Assembly (NCBI GenBank): GCA_013215295.1
Contig: JABSOZ010000015.1
Location: forward strand, 58,376 to 122,375
DNA length: 64,000 nucleotides
DNA from: Colwellia sp.
Lineage (GTDB): Bacteria; Pseudomonadota; Gammaproteobacteria; Enterobacterales; Alteromonadaceae
Reading direction: 5' to 3'
The translations under genes were made by a program, and so were the position numbers. The notes beneath the pieces were generated by a model, which was not told the origin of the DNA, ran no database searches, and saw only the letters and a program-made list of their open reading frames with translations. How positions within the stretch are numbered: the first letter of the stretch is position 1; the number at the start of each line of letters is the position of its first letter. Shown piece after piece: positions 1 through 9,595 of this stretch.

Positions 1-1
1 A

Positions 2-2842
2 AAAATACCTGAAGTTGAAAAACTGACTTCTACGTCTATGACTGGGCAATCGGTTATTCATGTTGAAATTTACGACCGTTATTTTAATCTTGACAATATT
101 TGGCAAGATTTACGTAATAAAGTTAAGCAGGCTCAAGTTAATTTGCCTGAAGGTACTCGAACCCCTTTTGTAAATGACTCATTTGGTGATGTTTCAGTGA
201 TTACTTTAGCCTTAACGGCTGACGGTTTTAATTTAGGCGAAATGTATGATATTTCTAAACATATTCGCGATAATTTATACACGGTTTCAGGGACTAAAAA
301 GGTCGATATTATCGGCGTTCAAGCTGAACGAATTTACCTTGAAGTAAAAACGGCTAAACTTGCACAATTAGGAATTTCGCCACAAAGCATTATTAGTGAA
401 TTGCAAAATCAGAACATTATTAGCCCCGGTGGCGAAATTGATACGGGGTTACGTTCAATAGTGGTGGAGCCAACGGGCAACTTTTCTTCACTTGATGAAA
501 TTGGCAATACTCACATCACCATTACCGGCACTGACGATACCATAGCGCTAAAAGATATAGTGAGCTTGCGTCGAGGATATATCGACCCGCCAGATAAGCC
601 AGCATACTTTAATGGTAAGCCAGCCATAGTGTTCGCGGTTTCAATGCTTGAAAAATATAACTTGTTGGAATATGCGCCAAGGGTAAAAAGTATGGTATCG
701 CAAATTGAAAATACTTTGCCTATTGGCTATAAAATCAATATTGCGACCAATCAAGCGGATCAAGTTAAAAAGGCCATCGAGGGGGTATCAATCAATGTAA
801 TACAAACATTAGTGATTGTATTACTTGTGGTTATTTACTTTTTAGGTTTACGTACAGGATTAATTGTTGGTTCAATTGTCCCTTTTGTCATGTTAACGAC
901 ATTAGCGATTATGAAGTTCACTGGCATGGCCTTAGAGAAAATGAGTCTTGCGACGCTTATTATTGCACTGGGTTTACTTGTTGATAACGGTATAGTTATC
1001 GCTGAAGATTTTAAACGGCGAATTGAAGACGGCATTGATCGCTTCGATGCCATGTGCCAAGGTGGTAAAGAGCTTGCGATGCCGCTGTTAAGTTCCTCAG
1101 TGACTACCATTTTATTTTTCCTACCGTTAATGCTTGCTGAGCACGTTGCTGGAGAATTTACGCGGTCGGTATCTTTAGTTATTCTCATTACTTTAATGAC
1201 AAGTTGGGTTTTAGCTTTATGTGTGACACCAACACTTTGTTATTTTTTTATTAAAGCTGAAAATAATAAAGGTGATACACAAGAAAAATCTAACAAAAGT
1301 TCAACTAAATTTTATCAAATTTATGAAAAGTTTTTACATTGGGTTTTAAGTCATAAAGCGATTTTTATGACGTTTATGGTGATCCTTCTAGTGGTCTCAC
1401 TCAGTGGCTTTGGATTATTAAAAAAGCAGTTTTTTCCTGACTCTGACCGTACTCAAATTATGGTGTATATCGACTTACCTAATGGTACCTCGGCAAGACA
1501 AACTAATCGCCAAATGCATGAGGTTTTCAAGTGGCTAGATGATAAAGGGCATTTTCCTGAAATTACTCACTACTCGGGGTATTCTGGTTTTAATGGTCCG
1601 CGTTTTGTGCTGACGCTTAACCCAGAAGATCCGACCGATAATAAAGGCTTTGTTGTTGTTAATGTTAAAGAGGGCACCCAACTTAATACTTTTGTGAATA
1701 AATTACATAACGGTATTATTGAAACTTTTCCTAATGTTTCAGGCCGTGTTAAACGTATGTTTGCGGGTCCTTCTGATTCAAGCTCTATTAGTATTCAAGT
1801 AAAAGGTCCTGATAAAGACATTTTATATGAAAAAGCTAAAGAAATTATGGCGGTTCTACAAGCGGTTCCTTATACCAAAAACGTTAGAACAGATTGGGAA
1901 AACCGCATTGTTAAAATACAGGTTAAAATTGATCAACATCGTGCACGTCGTGCTGGGGTTACTTCTTCAGATGTGGCTACTGCATTACAAGGGTATTATA
2001 GTGGGGTTAATATAACCGAGTATCGTGATGGTGATGATATTATTCCTGTGGTGTTTCGTGCAGAAGATGAAGAACGTTCTAATTTAGATCGTCTGCGCAC
2101 TGTTTCAATATTTTCAAATAAATCAGGGATATCAGTGCCATTATTTCAAATAGCTGATTTTGTTCCCGTTAACCAGTACGCGAAAATTCAACGGGAAAAT
2201 ATGTTCAGCACTATTACTATTGAAGCAAGTAATACGGAACTGACAGCTGAAGATTTAAAAGTCATTATTGATGCGGATATCCAAGCATTGAAATCAGATT
2301 TACCAGTAAATCATCTGATTGAATATGACGGTGTTATTGTACAATCTCAAGAAGCACAACAAGCACTTGGTGCTAGTATGCCCATGGTTATTGGTTTAGT
2401 TTTGGTGTTATTGGTTATGCAATTTAATTCATTCCGCAGAGCTTCAATCATTGTTTTAACGATTCCTTTATCACTTATTGGTACCGTTGTCGGGTTATTG
2501 GTGATGAGTGCTCCGTTTGGTTTTATGGTGACCTTAGGAATTTATAGCTTGGCAGGCATTATTATAAATAATGCTATTGTGTTAATTGACCGTATTGAGA
2601 TAGAGCGATCACAAGGTGAGAGTGACTACCAAGCGATTGTTAATTCTTGTCTCACACGATTGCGTCCAATCACTATGACGACAGTAACAACAATTATGGG
2701 ATTGTTACCTTTGCTGATAGATCCTATGTCAATGTTCTATGGTATGGCAACGGTGTTAGCGTTTGGTTTAGGCGTTGGTACAGTACTAACTTTAGCCGTG
2801 GTGCCTGTTTTATATGCTAGCTTCTTTAAAATCAGTCGATGA
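2..2842 (+). CDS. RND (AcrB/HAE1-type) efflux transporter permease, 5' end outside window
   Basis: The frame is open from base 2 (KIPEVEKLTSTSMTGQSVIHVEIYD...). Large periplasmic loops alternate with two clusters of TM helices. The C-terminal ...RLRPITMTTVTTIMGLLPL... motif is typical of AcrB-family pumps. About 100 N-terminal residues are missing. Confidence 0.88.
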   Translation, partial: KIPEVEKLTSTSMTGQSVIHVEIYDRYFNLDNIWQDLRNKVKQAQVNLPEGTRTPFVNDSFGDVSVITLALTADGFNLGEMYDISKHIRDNLYTVSGTKKVDIIGVQAERIYLEVKTAKLAQLGISPQSIISELQNQNIISPGGEIDTGLRSIVVEPTGNFSSLDEIGNTHITITGTDDTIALKDIVSLRRGYIDPPDKPAYFNGKPAIVFAVSMLEKYNLLEYAPRVKSMVSQIENTLPIGYKINIATNQADQVKKAIEGVSINVIQTLVIVLLVVIYFLGLRTGLIVGSIVPFVMLTTLAIMKFTGMALEKMSLATLIIALGLLVDNGIVIAEDFKRRIEDGIDRFDAMCQGGKELAMPLLSSSVTTILFFLPLMLAEHVAGEFTRSVSLVILITLMTSWVLALCVTPTLCYFFIKAENNKGDTQEKSNKSSTKFYQIYEKFLHWVLSHKAIFMTFMVILLVVSLSGFGLLKKQFFPDSDRTQIMVYIDLPNGTSARQTNRQMHEVFKWLDDKGHFPEITHYSGYSGFNGPRFVLTLNPEDPTDNKGFVVVNVKEGTQLNTFVNKLHNGIIETFPNVSGRVKRMFAGPSDSSSISIQVKGPDKDILYEKAKEIMAVLQAVPYTKNVRTDWENRIVKIQVKIDQHRARRAGVTSSDVATALQGYYSGVNITEYRDGDDIIPVVFRAEDEERSNLDRLRTVSIFSNKSGISVPLFQIADFVPVNQYAKIQRENMFSTITIEASNTELTAEDLKVIIDADIQALKSDLPVNHLIEYDGVIVQSQEAQQALGASMPMVIGLVLVLLVMQFNSFRRASIIVLTIPLSLIGTVVGLLVMSAPFGFMVTLGIYSLAGIIINNAIVLIDRIEIERSQGESDYQAIVNSCLTRLRPITMTTVTTIMGLLPLLIDPMSMFYGMATVLAFGLGVGTVLTLAVVPVLYASFFKISR

Positions 2843-3066
2843 ATATTGCATGTAGTTAACGTTATTGTTGAGAATATTAATAAAAGTGAAAATGTTTTTG
2901 ATTACCGTAGCGCAGATTATGGTTTAGGTTTGCGCTTATTAGAGATTGTTTAGCAACAGTTAATTTTTAAAACTCATTTATTTACCTAACATTACATTTC
3001 GATGACATTAACTGACATACTTTTTTCTATACTAAGACGTGGCTTTATAAATTATCGGGAAATAAT

Positions 3067-5094
3067 GTGGTTAAAATTTCAATTGTGGTGTTCAGTCTTT
3101 TTTTATTTTCCGCTTGCGGTGGTTCTGGTTCTGGTTCTGGTTCAAGTTCAAATGAAGAACCCGATGAGCAAGTTATTCCTGTCGTTAATAGTTTAGTCGA
3201 CGGTGAAATCACTATTAATGGTGAGTTAATTGTTGGTGATACTTTATCATTAAGCCATAACCTATCTGATGCTAATGGTTTAGGAACGTTAAGTTACCAA
3301 TGGCAGCGCAATCAAAATAGTATCAGTAGTATTATTACCAACGAAAGTTCGTCCGATTATGTCATTACCACACAAGACATAGGTTATAGCCTTTTCGTCA
3401 CGGTGAGTTTTATTGATGGCGACGGTTTTTCTGAATCAATAAACAGTGCGTTGACTGGAATAATTTCTAGCAATGAATCAAACAATAAACCGAATGTTTT
3501 ACTGATAATTGCTGATGATCAAGGCGTTGATGCTTCAGCGCAGTATAATTTCTCAACTGACCTACCTAATACACCAACAATTAACCTACTCGCTGAACAA
3601 GGTCTTACTTTTGATAATGCTTGGGCAACGCCTGCTTGTACCACAACGCGCGGTACTTTAATTACAGGGCAACATGGCATTAATAGTGGCATTAGTTATG
3701 TTCCTGCGGCAATGAACAGTGAAACAATGACTTTACAACGCTATTTAAAATCGTTTAATGAGAATGACGATTATAAAACGGCTGTTGTTGGAAAGTGGCA
3801 TTTAGATGGCGTTAATCCAGATTTATCTCATCCCATTGACAGCGGGGTTGATTATTACGCGGGAACAATAACAGGCACGTTATCTGATTACTACCAATGG
3901 GAATTAACAGAAAACGGAACCAGTTCAGTAAGTAGTGAATATCACACAACTAAAATTACTGATCTCGCTATCGATTGGCTAAATGAACAAAACGAGCAAG
4001 ACACACCTTGGTTTATGTGGCTGGCCTATGTTGCTCCACATTCTCCTTTTCATTTGCCACCAGAAGATTTACATAGCCGTGATCACCTTACAGGAACTGA
4101 TGTAGACACCAATAAACGTGAATATTATTTAGCGGCAATTGAAGCCATGGACTCTGAAATAGGGCGTTTACTTGACTCATTACCCGATGAAGAACGTGAT
4201 AATACCTTAATTATATATATCGGAGATAATGGCACTCCTGCGGGGGTGATTGATACGAGTGTTTATCATCGAACGCACAGCAAAGGATCTCTTTTTGAAG
4301 GGGGAATTCGAGTACCTATGGTGGTTTCAGGAAAAGGGGTTACTCGTCAAAATTTACGTGAAAGTGCACTGGTAAACACTAGTGACTTTTATGCCACTAT
4401 TAGTCATTTTGTTGGCAATTCAGTAACACAACTTAATGACAGTTATAGCTTTTTGGATCTATTGTCAGAAAGTGGCAACGGCTTAAGAAATTACAATTAC
4501 AGTGAATTTGACAGTAGTGATGTAACGGGATGGACAGTTCGAAATCAAGATCATAAACTGATTGAATATGATGATGGCTCACAAGCATTATATTTATTAA
4601 ACGACGGTGATATCAGTGACATTAGTGAAACTGACAACATCATTGCTGATAGTGCCAATACAGCTATTATTGCCGAGCTAAAAGAACAAGCACAACGTAT
4701 TCGTCATGAAACGTCAATATCACCTTTAGACATTACAGATGCTATTTTAACTTCCCGCAGTGCGAATTGTAGTGATTACCTTGAAAGTTATCAGTCATCG
4801 GTACTTGATGTAAATAATAGCACTGTTTTTGATGGTGAATTGACCATCAGTTTATCGGGAGACCATTGCGCTTTCCAAACAAACAATATCCCTAATCATG
4901 ATTTTAATGACGGCACTCAGGCGTTTCCAAATAATGTGAGTGCGCAAAACAATAACTTTCAAATAATAGCTGCACCTTCTCATGCAACATCCATAACGGC
5001 ATTAAGTTTAGTTGTTGATAATGCAATTCTTCTTAACGGCGTTAAAGTTGATTTACTCGCGGCAGCTTGTTTTGGTGTTGGCGATGGAAAATAG
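3067..5094 (+). CDS. Lipoprotein: Ig-like repeat + type-I sulfatase-like (alkaline phosphatase superfamily) domain + N-terminal half of a YHYH domain; ends at a TAG that looks like a frameshift site
   Basis: GTG start followed by lipobox LFSAC and a (GS)n linker. Sulfatase motifs are NVLLIIADDQG, PACTTTRGTLITGQHG and YKTAVVGKWHL. The C-terminal part (NNIPNHDFNDG...LLNGVKVDLL) matches the first half of YHYH-domain proteins. Confidence 0.8.
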   Translation: MVKISIVVFSLFLFSACGGSGSGSGSSSNEEPDEQVIPVVNSLVDGEITINGELIVGDTLSLSHNLSDANGLGTLSYQWQRNQNSISSIITNESSSDYVITTQDIGYSLFVTVSFIDGDGFSESINSALTGIISSNESNNKPNVLLIIADDQGVDASAQYNFSTDLPNTPTINLLAEQGLTFDNAWATPACTTTRGTLITGQHGINSGISYVPAAMNSETMTLQRYLKSFNENDDYKTAVVGKWHLDGVNPDLSHPIDSGVDYYAGTITGTLSDYYQWELTENGTSSVSSEYHTTKITDLAIDWLNEQNEQDTPWFMWLAYVAPHSPFHLPPEDLHSRDHLTGTDVDTNKREYYLAAIEAMDSEIGRLLDSLPDEERDNTLIIYIGDNGTPAGVIDTSVYHRTHSKGSLFEGGIRVPMVVSGKGVTRQNLRESALVNTSDFYATISHFVGNSVTQLNDSYSFLDLLSESGNGLRNYNYSEFDSSDVTGWTVRNQDHKLIEYDDGSQALYLLNDGDISDISETDNIIADSANTAIIAELKEQAQRIRHETSISPLDITDAILTSRSANCSDYLESYQSSVLDVNNSTVFDGELTISLSGDHCAFQTNNIPNHDFNDGTQAFPNNVSAQNNNFQIIAAPSHATSITALSLVVDNAILLNGVKVDLLAAACFGVGDGK

Positions 5095-5564
5095 GGTGTA
5101 ATGATATTAATCAAGCATGGCGATATGATCCTATGTTTGTCGCTAACGGCTTTCTTGTTGATACTCACAACGCTCATTCTCAGGGGAATGGCAGTTATCA
5201 CTACCATGGTAAACCTAATGCTTTATATCTTGATGATAATGACAGTGTGGTCTCACCTCTGGTAGGTTTTGCTGCAGATGGATATCCTATTTTTGGTCCA
5301 TATTTTGATGATAATGGCACGATTAGAAAAGCAGTTTCTAGTTTTCAAGTGATTGCAGGTAGTCGTCCTTCAGGCACCGATAGTCCTGGCGGTACTTATG
5401 ACGGCACTTATCGAGATGATTATCAATATGTAGTGGACTACGGTGATCTTGATGAATGTAATGGTATGACTGTAGATGGTGTTTACGGTTATTTTATTAC
5501 CGATGGTTATCCTTATGTCTTAAATTGTTTTAAAGGAGCACCTGACGACTCATTTCATAAATAA
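5088..5564 (+). CDS. C-terminal half of the YHYH domain, read in the -1 frame relative to 3067..5094 (same gene, frameshifted)
   Basis: ...THNAHSQGNGSYHYHGKP..., ADGYPIFGPY, LDECNG and GYFITDGYPYVLNCFKG are YHYH-family hallmarks. The homology continues seamlessly from the upstream ORF if one base is removed in the run GGAAAATAG (5086-5094). The TTG at 5067 given by the ORF track is probably not a real start. Confidence 0.7.
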   Translation, partial: KIGCNDINQAWRYDPMFVANGFLVDTHNAHSQGNGSYHYHGKPNALYLDDNDSVVSPLVGFAADGYPIFGPYFDDNGTIRKAVSSFQVIAGSRPSGTDSPGGTYDGTYRDDYQYVVDYGDLDECNGMTVDGVYGYFITDGYPYVLNCFKGAPDDSFHK

Positions 5565-5598
5565 GAGATCAACATTCTGGTAAGTCATTGTGAAAAAA

Positions 5599-5638
5599 GC
5601 GGAAGTTATTATGAAAATCATAATACTTCCGTTTCTTG
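5599..5638 (+). terminator. Rho-independent terminator candidate after the sulfatase/YHYH gene
   Basis: Imperfect 14-bp stem GCGGAAGTTATTATGA / TCATAATACTTCCG with loop AAA, followed by TTTCTT. Confidence 0.5.
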
Positions 5639-5646
5639 CTAGCGGT

Positions 5647-5679
5647 AAACCCTGATTAATTAACTATTCAGGGTTTTTG
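5647..5679. terminator. Bidirectional terminator hairpin between convergent genes
   Basis: AAACCCTGA-N12-TCAGGGTTT flanked by an A-run and a T-run. It lies between the + gene ending at 5564 and the - gene ending at 5717. Confidence 0.55.
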
Positions 5680-5716
5680 TGAGCGGTACAATTAAACGTC
5701 TATAAAATTCAGATGG

Positions 5717-6970
5717 TTATGTTTTTAAATTAATCAAATCTGTTTCGAATTCCGCCAAATCTGGATCTGAAGATAAAGTAGCCAACTCGACTGCTTTCAC
5801 GAAGTTTTCTCGGGCTAATTTAATATTGCCTTTGGCTACATAAACCTTAGCTAATCCTTGATGCAGCAATGCAGTATTTGGATACTTTGTTATGGCGTTG
5901 GTAAAGTACTGCTTGGCCGACTTAAGATTGCCATGTTTTAAATAGAAACGACCAAAACGGTTTTGCCAATAAGCTGAATCATAACGCTTGGTCGTCAATA
6001 CATCTTTAAACACTGTCATAAACCGGTGGAAATATTCATAGTTATCACGGTTCCAAGCAATCCAAATCAAATTATTTTTAGTGCTGTTGGAAATACTTTT
6101 CGAAAGGCCAAATCGCTCACCCCGTTTGGCGAAATACGCTTCTAGATATTCCATACCACCAAGTTTTACGAATTCATCAATACTACTATAGGATAACGTA
6201 TCAAAATTATGATAAAAATGTTTTAACCCATTATACATAGAGACATAGGGGAGGGTTTCGTGCAACTCATCGTTAAATTGTTGATAATGCCAATTAAGAT
6301 TATTAACCACTTTTTTGCTGAGCTGCTTCGATAATTCATCACTGTATTCAATGGTATATACGTCCCTAATAGAATTGGCAATATAGAGATATTTTTCACT
6401 GTCCATTTTCATATCGCTAAATTGACTTATCGCTTGGTCGGAAGCGTCACCACCATTTGTCGCAATAACCCCATTAAATAGTTGTTTTTCATGAAATAAA
6501 GAAAAGGTGGAAAAAAATGCGCCCATTTCCCAACCAAACAACAATCGATCTGGAGATGTCCTGAATTTTCCATCAATAAACGGCAATACTTCATCAGCTA
6601 AATGTTGTTGAAATTCTTCCCTTTGCCCGCCAAACATAGCCCTTCTTAAGGGCTCACTGTTGACTATACCGACGACAATCATTTCTGGTAATAGGCTAGG
6701 CACTCTCAACGATTGTTGAATAGCCACAGCATTGGTGAAATGCCATTGACCATCTAAAACGTATAACACTGGATATTTCTTTTTTGATTGGTGGTAACTA
6801 GGCGGCAGGTAAACTTGAATACTTCGGTCCTGACTCAATACTTTTGACGGTATAATAAATATTTCGCCGATGGTATGTTGAGTGTTTTTATCAGGATTGG
6901 CGAAGGCAATTGACTGAAATGATAATACCAATAACATTAACACCCATGTTGTTTTCTTAACGACTTCCAT
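5717..6970 (-). CDS. Secreted esterase-family alpha/beta hydrolase (putative esterase, enterochelin-esterase-like) with C-terminal TPR repeats
   Basis: Start moved to the ATG at 6970 (AAGGAAAAAAT-ATG), giving signal peptide MEVVKKTTWVLMLLVLSFQSIAFA. KYPVLYVLDGQWHF is typical of the PF00756 esterase family. The C-terminus has TPR-like AKQYFTNAITKYPNTALLHQGLAKVYVAKGNIKLARENF. Confidence 0.75.
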   Translation of the reverse strand: MEVVKKTTWVLMLLVLSFQSIAFANPDKNTQHTIGEIFIIPSKVLSQDRSIQVYLPPSYHQSKKKYPVLYVLDGQWHFTNAVAIQQSLRVPSLLPEMIVVGIVNSEPLRRAMFGGQREEFQQHLADEVLPFIDGKFRTSPDRLLFGWEMGAFFSTFSLFHEKQLFNGVIATNGGDASDQAISQFSDMKMDSEKYLYIANSIRDVYTIEYSDELSKQLSKKVVNNLNWHYQQFNDELHETLPYVSMYNGLKHFYHNFDTLSYSSIDEFVKLGGMEYLEAYFAKRGERFGLSKSISNSTKNNLIWIAWNRDNYEYFHRFMTVFKDVLTTKRYDSAYWQNRFGRFYLKHGNLKSAKQYFTNAITKYPNTALLHQGLAKVYVAKGNIKLARENFVKAVELATLSSDPDLAEFETDLINLKT

Positions 6971-7333
6971 ATTTTTTCCTTTTAATAAATGACAGATAAC
7001 TAACTTAAGCACTAGGTAACAAATCGTGAAGTTAGTTTGCTTCTATATAAATACCAATACATGAATTAATCCTGAAAAATACCTGAATTTTCTCTGAAAG
7101 TAATAAAATCAATTACTTATATGGGTGAGTAAACTAAATTATATGGGCGTAATAAACGTATACCGTTGATGAGTAAATAATTATTAAGGTATTGAATAGT
7201 TTGATGGAGTACGGGATTTTTTGATAAATAATTTGGTGATATTTTATATCAAATTTAGTCAAGGTTGAGTAATAAGCCTTTCTTAATTTCGAATACTTTT
7301 CAATTGATAGAGGCCAATTGATAGACGTTAATT

Positions 7334-7370
7334 GATAAAGCGAACAGGTGCAGTTATAACAGCTGTTCGC
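7334..7370 (-). terminator. Terminator candidate downstream of the molybdoenzyme operon
   Basis: On the minus strand: GCGAACAG-N15-CTGTTCGC followed by TTTATC. It lies 24 nt after the stop at 7394. Confidence 0.45.
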
Positions 7371-7393
7371 TAACACATATATAAAGTAAAGAT

Positions 7394-9595
7394 TTAAGCG
7401 TTGATCGGTAAACGAGTAGGGCGCTTACCCAATAATGCTAGTGCGTTCGCAACTGCTGGAGCGATGGTTGGCACACCAACTTCACCGAACCCACCGGGTT
7501 CATTGTCACTTTGTAGAAGCTTAATTTGAACAATAGGAGCTTCGGTCATTTTAATGATGGGATAGTCGTGGAAATTACTCTGTTTAACTCCACCGTTCTC
7601 AATGTCGCATCGTCCGTATAGTGCAGCCGTTAATCCAAACAACATTCCACCTTCAACCTGAGCTCTTGCTGAATCGGGGTTAACAACCACGCCACTGTCA
7701 GTAACGATCCAAACTCGATGTACACGCGCTTTGTCATTTTGCAGTGAAACTTCAGCTACGGTTGCTACCATGGTGCCAAAACTTTTCTGTACAGCAACGC
7801 CCATGGCTTTTCCGTCGGCGCTAACGCCGTGCTGCCAATTACAAAGCTTCACCACTTCCCTCAGGCATTTAGCGTGATCATCATCTTTGCTTAGTAGTGA
7901 TAGTCTATATTCGATGGGATCTATCTGCGCTTTTTCAGCGAGCATATCTATGAAGCTTTCATTGAAAAATGCGTGTTGGGTGTTTTCTACACTTCGCCAG
8001 AAGCCAACTGGAATGGGAGACGGTTGGTTTGCAAATTGTACTTTCACATTATCCACCTTGTATGGCGGCATAGATGCCGGAGCACCGCCTTCACTGCCAT
8101 AACTTGCAGATTTCCAATAGTTTGGTTTACCGTTATTGTCTAACTGTGCAGAGAAACTTGCTAGAACCGCGGGCCTATAAACATCTTGCCTCGTATCTGC
8201 TTCTCGCGACCAAGTAAGTTTGATAGGGAATTTGTGTTTCTTTACCAAAGTAACGACTTCATCTATCCACATAATAGGGTTGTCATCGCTCATACTGAAA
8301 CCGACACGACGACCAAAGCCCCCACCCATTGAATGCGCATGGAAAACGACGTCATCAACGTCCATGCCAGCGACTTTTGCCGCATGAACTCGTGCGTATA
8401 AAGGATTTTGCACGCCAGCGGCGACGTGAAGTTTATTGCCCTGCATCCATGCACTGGCATTCATGGGTTCCATGGTGGCGTGTGCTAAATAAGGGACCCA
8501 GAACTCAGCTTCGATTGTTTTATTTGCATCGCTTTTTATAGACGTTACATCGCCAATCGTATGTGCATCGCTTAGCTCACCTTGCAGGCTCTTACGTTGA
8601 AAAGCCTCGATACTGGCTGAACTCAAATTACTGTTTTCATGAGTAACTGCAGTTATCTTTAAAGCTTTTGCAGCTTTTTCAGCGCGCCATGGGTTATCTG
8701 CGATGACAGCAACTGATTCACCCATTTTTTCAACAGCAAAAACGCCCCGCATAGCATTAATTTCATCTAGGTTGTCGATATTTGCTACATCGGCACCAAA
8801 TACACCACTGTGGGCAATGGCTGCATAGCGCATGCCTTCAACATAACGGTCAATACCGTATTGTGTTTCATTGAATACTTTTTCGGGTAGATCATGGCGA
8901 GGCATCGCCTTACCGATAAATTTACGATGGCTCTCTGCACGGTGTGTGTAGTTTTCAGGAACCTCTAAGGTCGCTGCGTGTTCAACTAGCTCACCGTAAC
9001 TCCAGCGATTATCACCATCAACTACAAAACCTGCATCAGTGGTGGTATTGGTGCTAGCACCATGTTTACTTATTGCCGAGTTAATCAGCATTTGACGTGC
9101 AGCAGCGGCGGCTTCACGCATTACTTGCCAACCGGTGAAACGAATCGAACCGCTACCGCCTGTCATTTGCATATTAAGCAAGTCGGCTAGACGGTTGAAA
9201 GCATTACGAGCGATGTGCTCAGCCCATGGCGGCGCTTTACCCACCATTTCACCTACGAAACCTTCGAATATACCACCGTTTGAAAATTCGGTAGTAGGGG
9301 GAGCGAGTTCAAGTTTGATTTGATCCCAGTTAAGGTCAAGCTCGTCTGCTACTATTTGAGTTAACCCCGTGCCTGCACCTTGACCCATCTCGGTATGCGG
9401 AGATAGCACAGTAACCGTATTGTCTTCGTTGACGCGGATCCACAGATTGAGCAAGGTATCTTTGTTGTTGCCCTCACGCTGAACGGCCAACCGATCGTGA
9501 AGAGCTAAATGTGTACCTACTCCAATAACACCTAACGCTAAACCGCCACCAATTGCAGCGCCGCCAATAACAAACATCCGACGAGTCATACTCAT
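7394..9595 (-). CDS. Molybdopterin-binding large subunit of an aldehyde oxidase/xanthine dehydrogenase-family enzyme (IorB/isoquinoline 1-oxidoreductase beta-like), Tat-exported
   Basis: Start set to the ATG at 9595, which overlaps the upstream stop (ATGA). Twin-arginine signal MSMTRRMFVIGGAAIGGGLALG. Size and the conserved ...GGGFGRR... block match the family. Confidence 0.82.
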   Translation of the reverse strand: MSMTRRMFVIGGAAIGGGLALGVIGVGTHLALHDRLAVQREGNNKDTLLNLWIRVNEDNTVTVLSPHTEMGQGAGTGLTQIVADELDLNWDQIKLELAPPTTEFSNGGIFEGFVGEMVGKAPPWAEHIARNAFNRLADLLNMQMTGGSGSIRFTGWQVMREAAAAARQMLINSAISKHGASTNTTTDAGFVVDGDNRWSYGELVEHAATLEVPENYTHRAESHRKFIGKAMPRHDLPEKVFNETQYGIDRYVEGMRYAAIAHSGVFGADVANIDNLDEINAMRGVFAVEKMGESVAVIADNPWRAEKAAKALKITAVTHENSNLSSASIEAFQRKSLQGELSDAHTIGDVTSIKSDANKTIEAEFWVPYLAHATMEPMNASAWMQGNKLHVAAGVQNPLYARVHAAKVAGMDVDDVVFHAHSMGGGFGRRVGFSMSDDNPIMWIDEVVTLVKKHKFPIKLTWSREADTRQDVYRPAVLASFSAQLDNNGKPNYWKSASYGSEGGAPASMPPYKVDNVKVQFANQPSPIPVGFWRSVENTQHAFFNESFIDMLAEKAQIDPIEYRLSLLSKDDDHAKCLREVVKLCNWQHGVSADGKAMGVAVQKSFGTMVATVAEVSLQNDKARVHRVWIVTDSGVVVNPDSARAQVEGGMLFGLTAALYGRCDIENGGVKQSNFHDYPIIKMTEAPIVQIKLLQSDNEPGGFGEVGVPTIAPAVANALALLGKRPTRLPINA

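Noticed and set aside
835-1188. Antisense or overlapping ORFs nested inside long, well-supported CDSs. Examples: 835..1188, 1827..2015, 7887..8102, 8329..8541, 9135..9323, 10964..11215, 11766..11975, 12074..12280, 17513..17695, 20457..20726, 25102..25338, 27152..27400, 29000..29218, 29943..30149, 31386..31739, 33018..33236, 34770..34952, 36153..36368, 39045..39254, 39812..40033, 45361..45639, 51182..51418, 55351..55557, 57862..58095, 60280..60615, 60699..60977 and 63446..63670.
   Set aside because: Each lies wholly within a gene with strong family motifs on the other strand or frame. Their translations are low-complexity or biased (Ser/Pro/Leu-rich), as expected for shadow ORFs, and no motifs were recognised.
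3121-3140. Short tandem repeats (GGTTCT)x3 at 3121-3138, and the TATAAC array at 12613, considered as CRISPR-like or contingency repeats.
   Set aside because: There are no spacer-repeat architecture and no cas genes. GGTTCT is in frame and encodes a Gly-Ser linker after the lipobox, so length changes would not shift the frame.
3002-3196. 64-aa ORF overlapping the start of the sulfatase gene.
   Set aside because: The alternative frame from the GTG at 3067 gives a textbook lipoprotein signal peptide and continues for 675 codons. The 64-aa ORF merely reads the (GGTTCT)n linker out of frame.
7134-7376. 80-aa ORF in the AT-rich spacer between the esterase and the molybdoenzyme operon.
   Set aside because: The product is rich in Tyr, Ile, Asn and Lys, typical of random translation of AT-rich DNA. 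There is no SD, and the ORF overlaps the predicted operon terminator.
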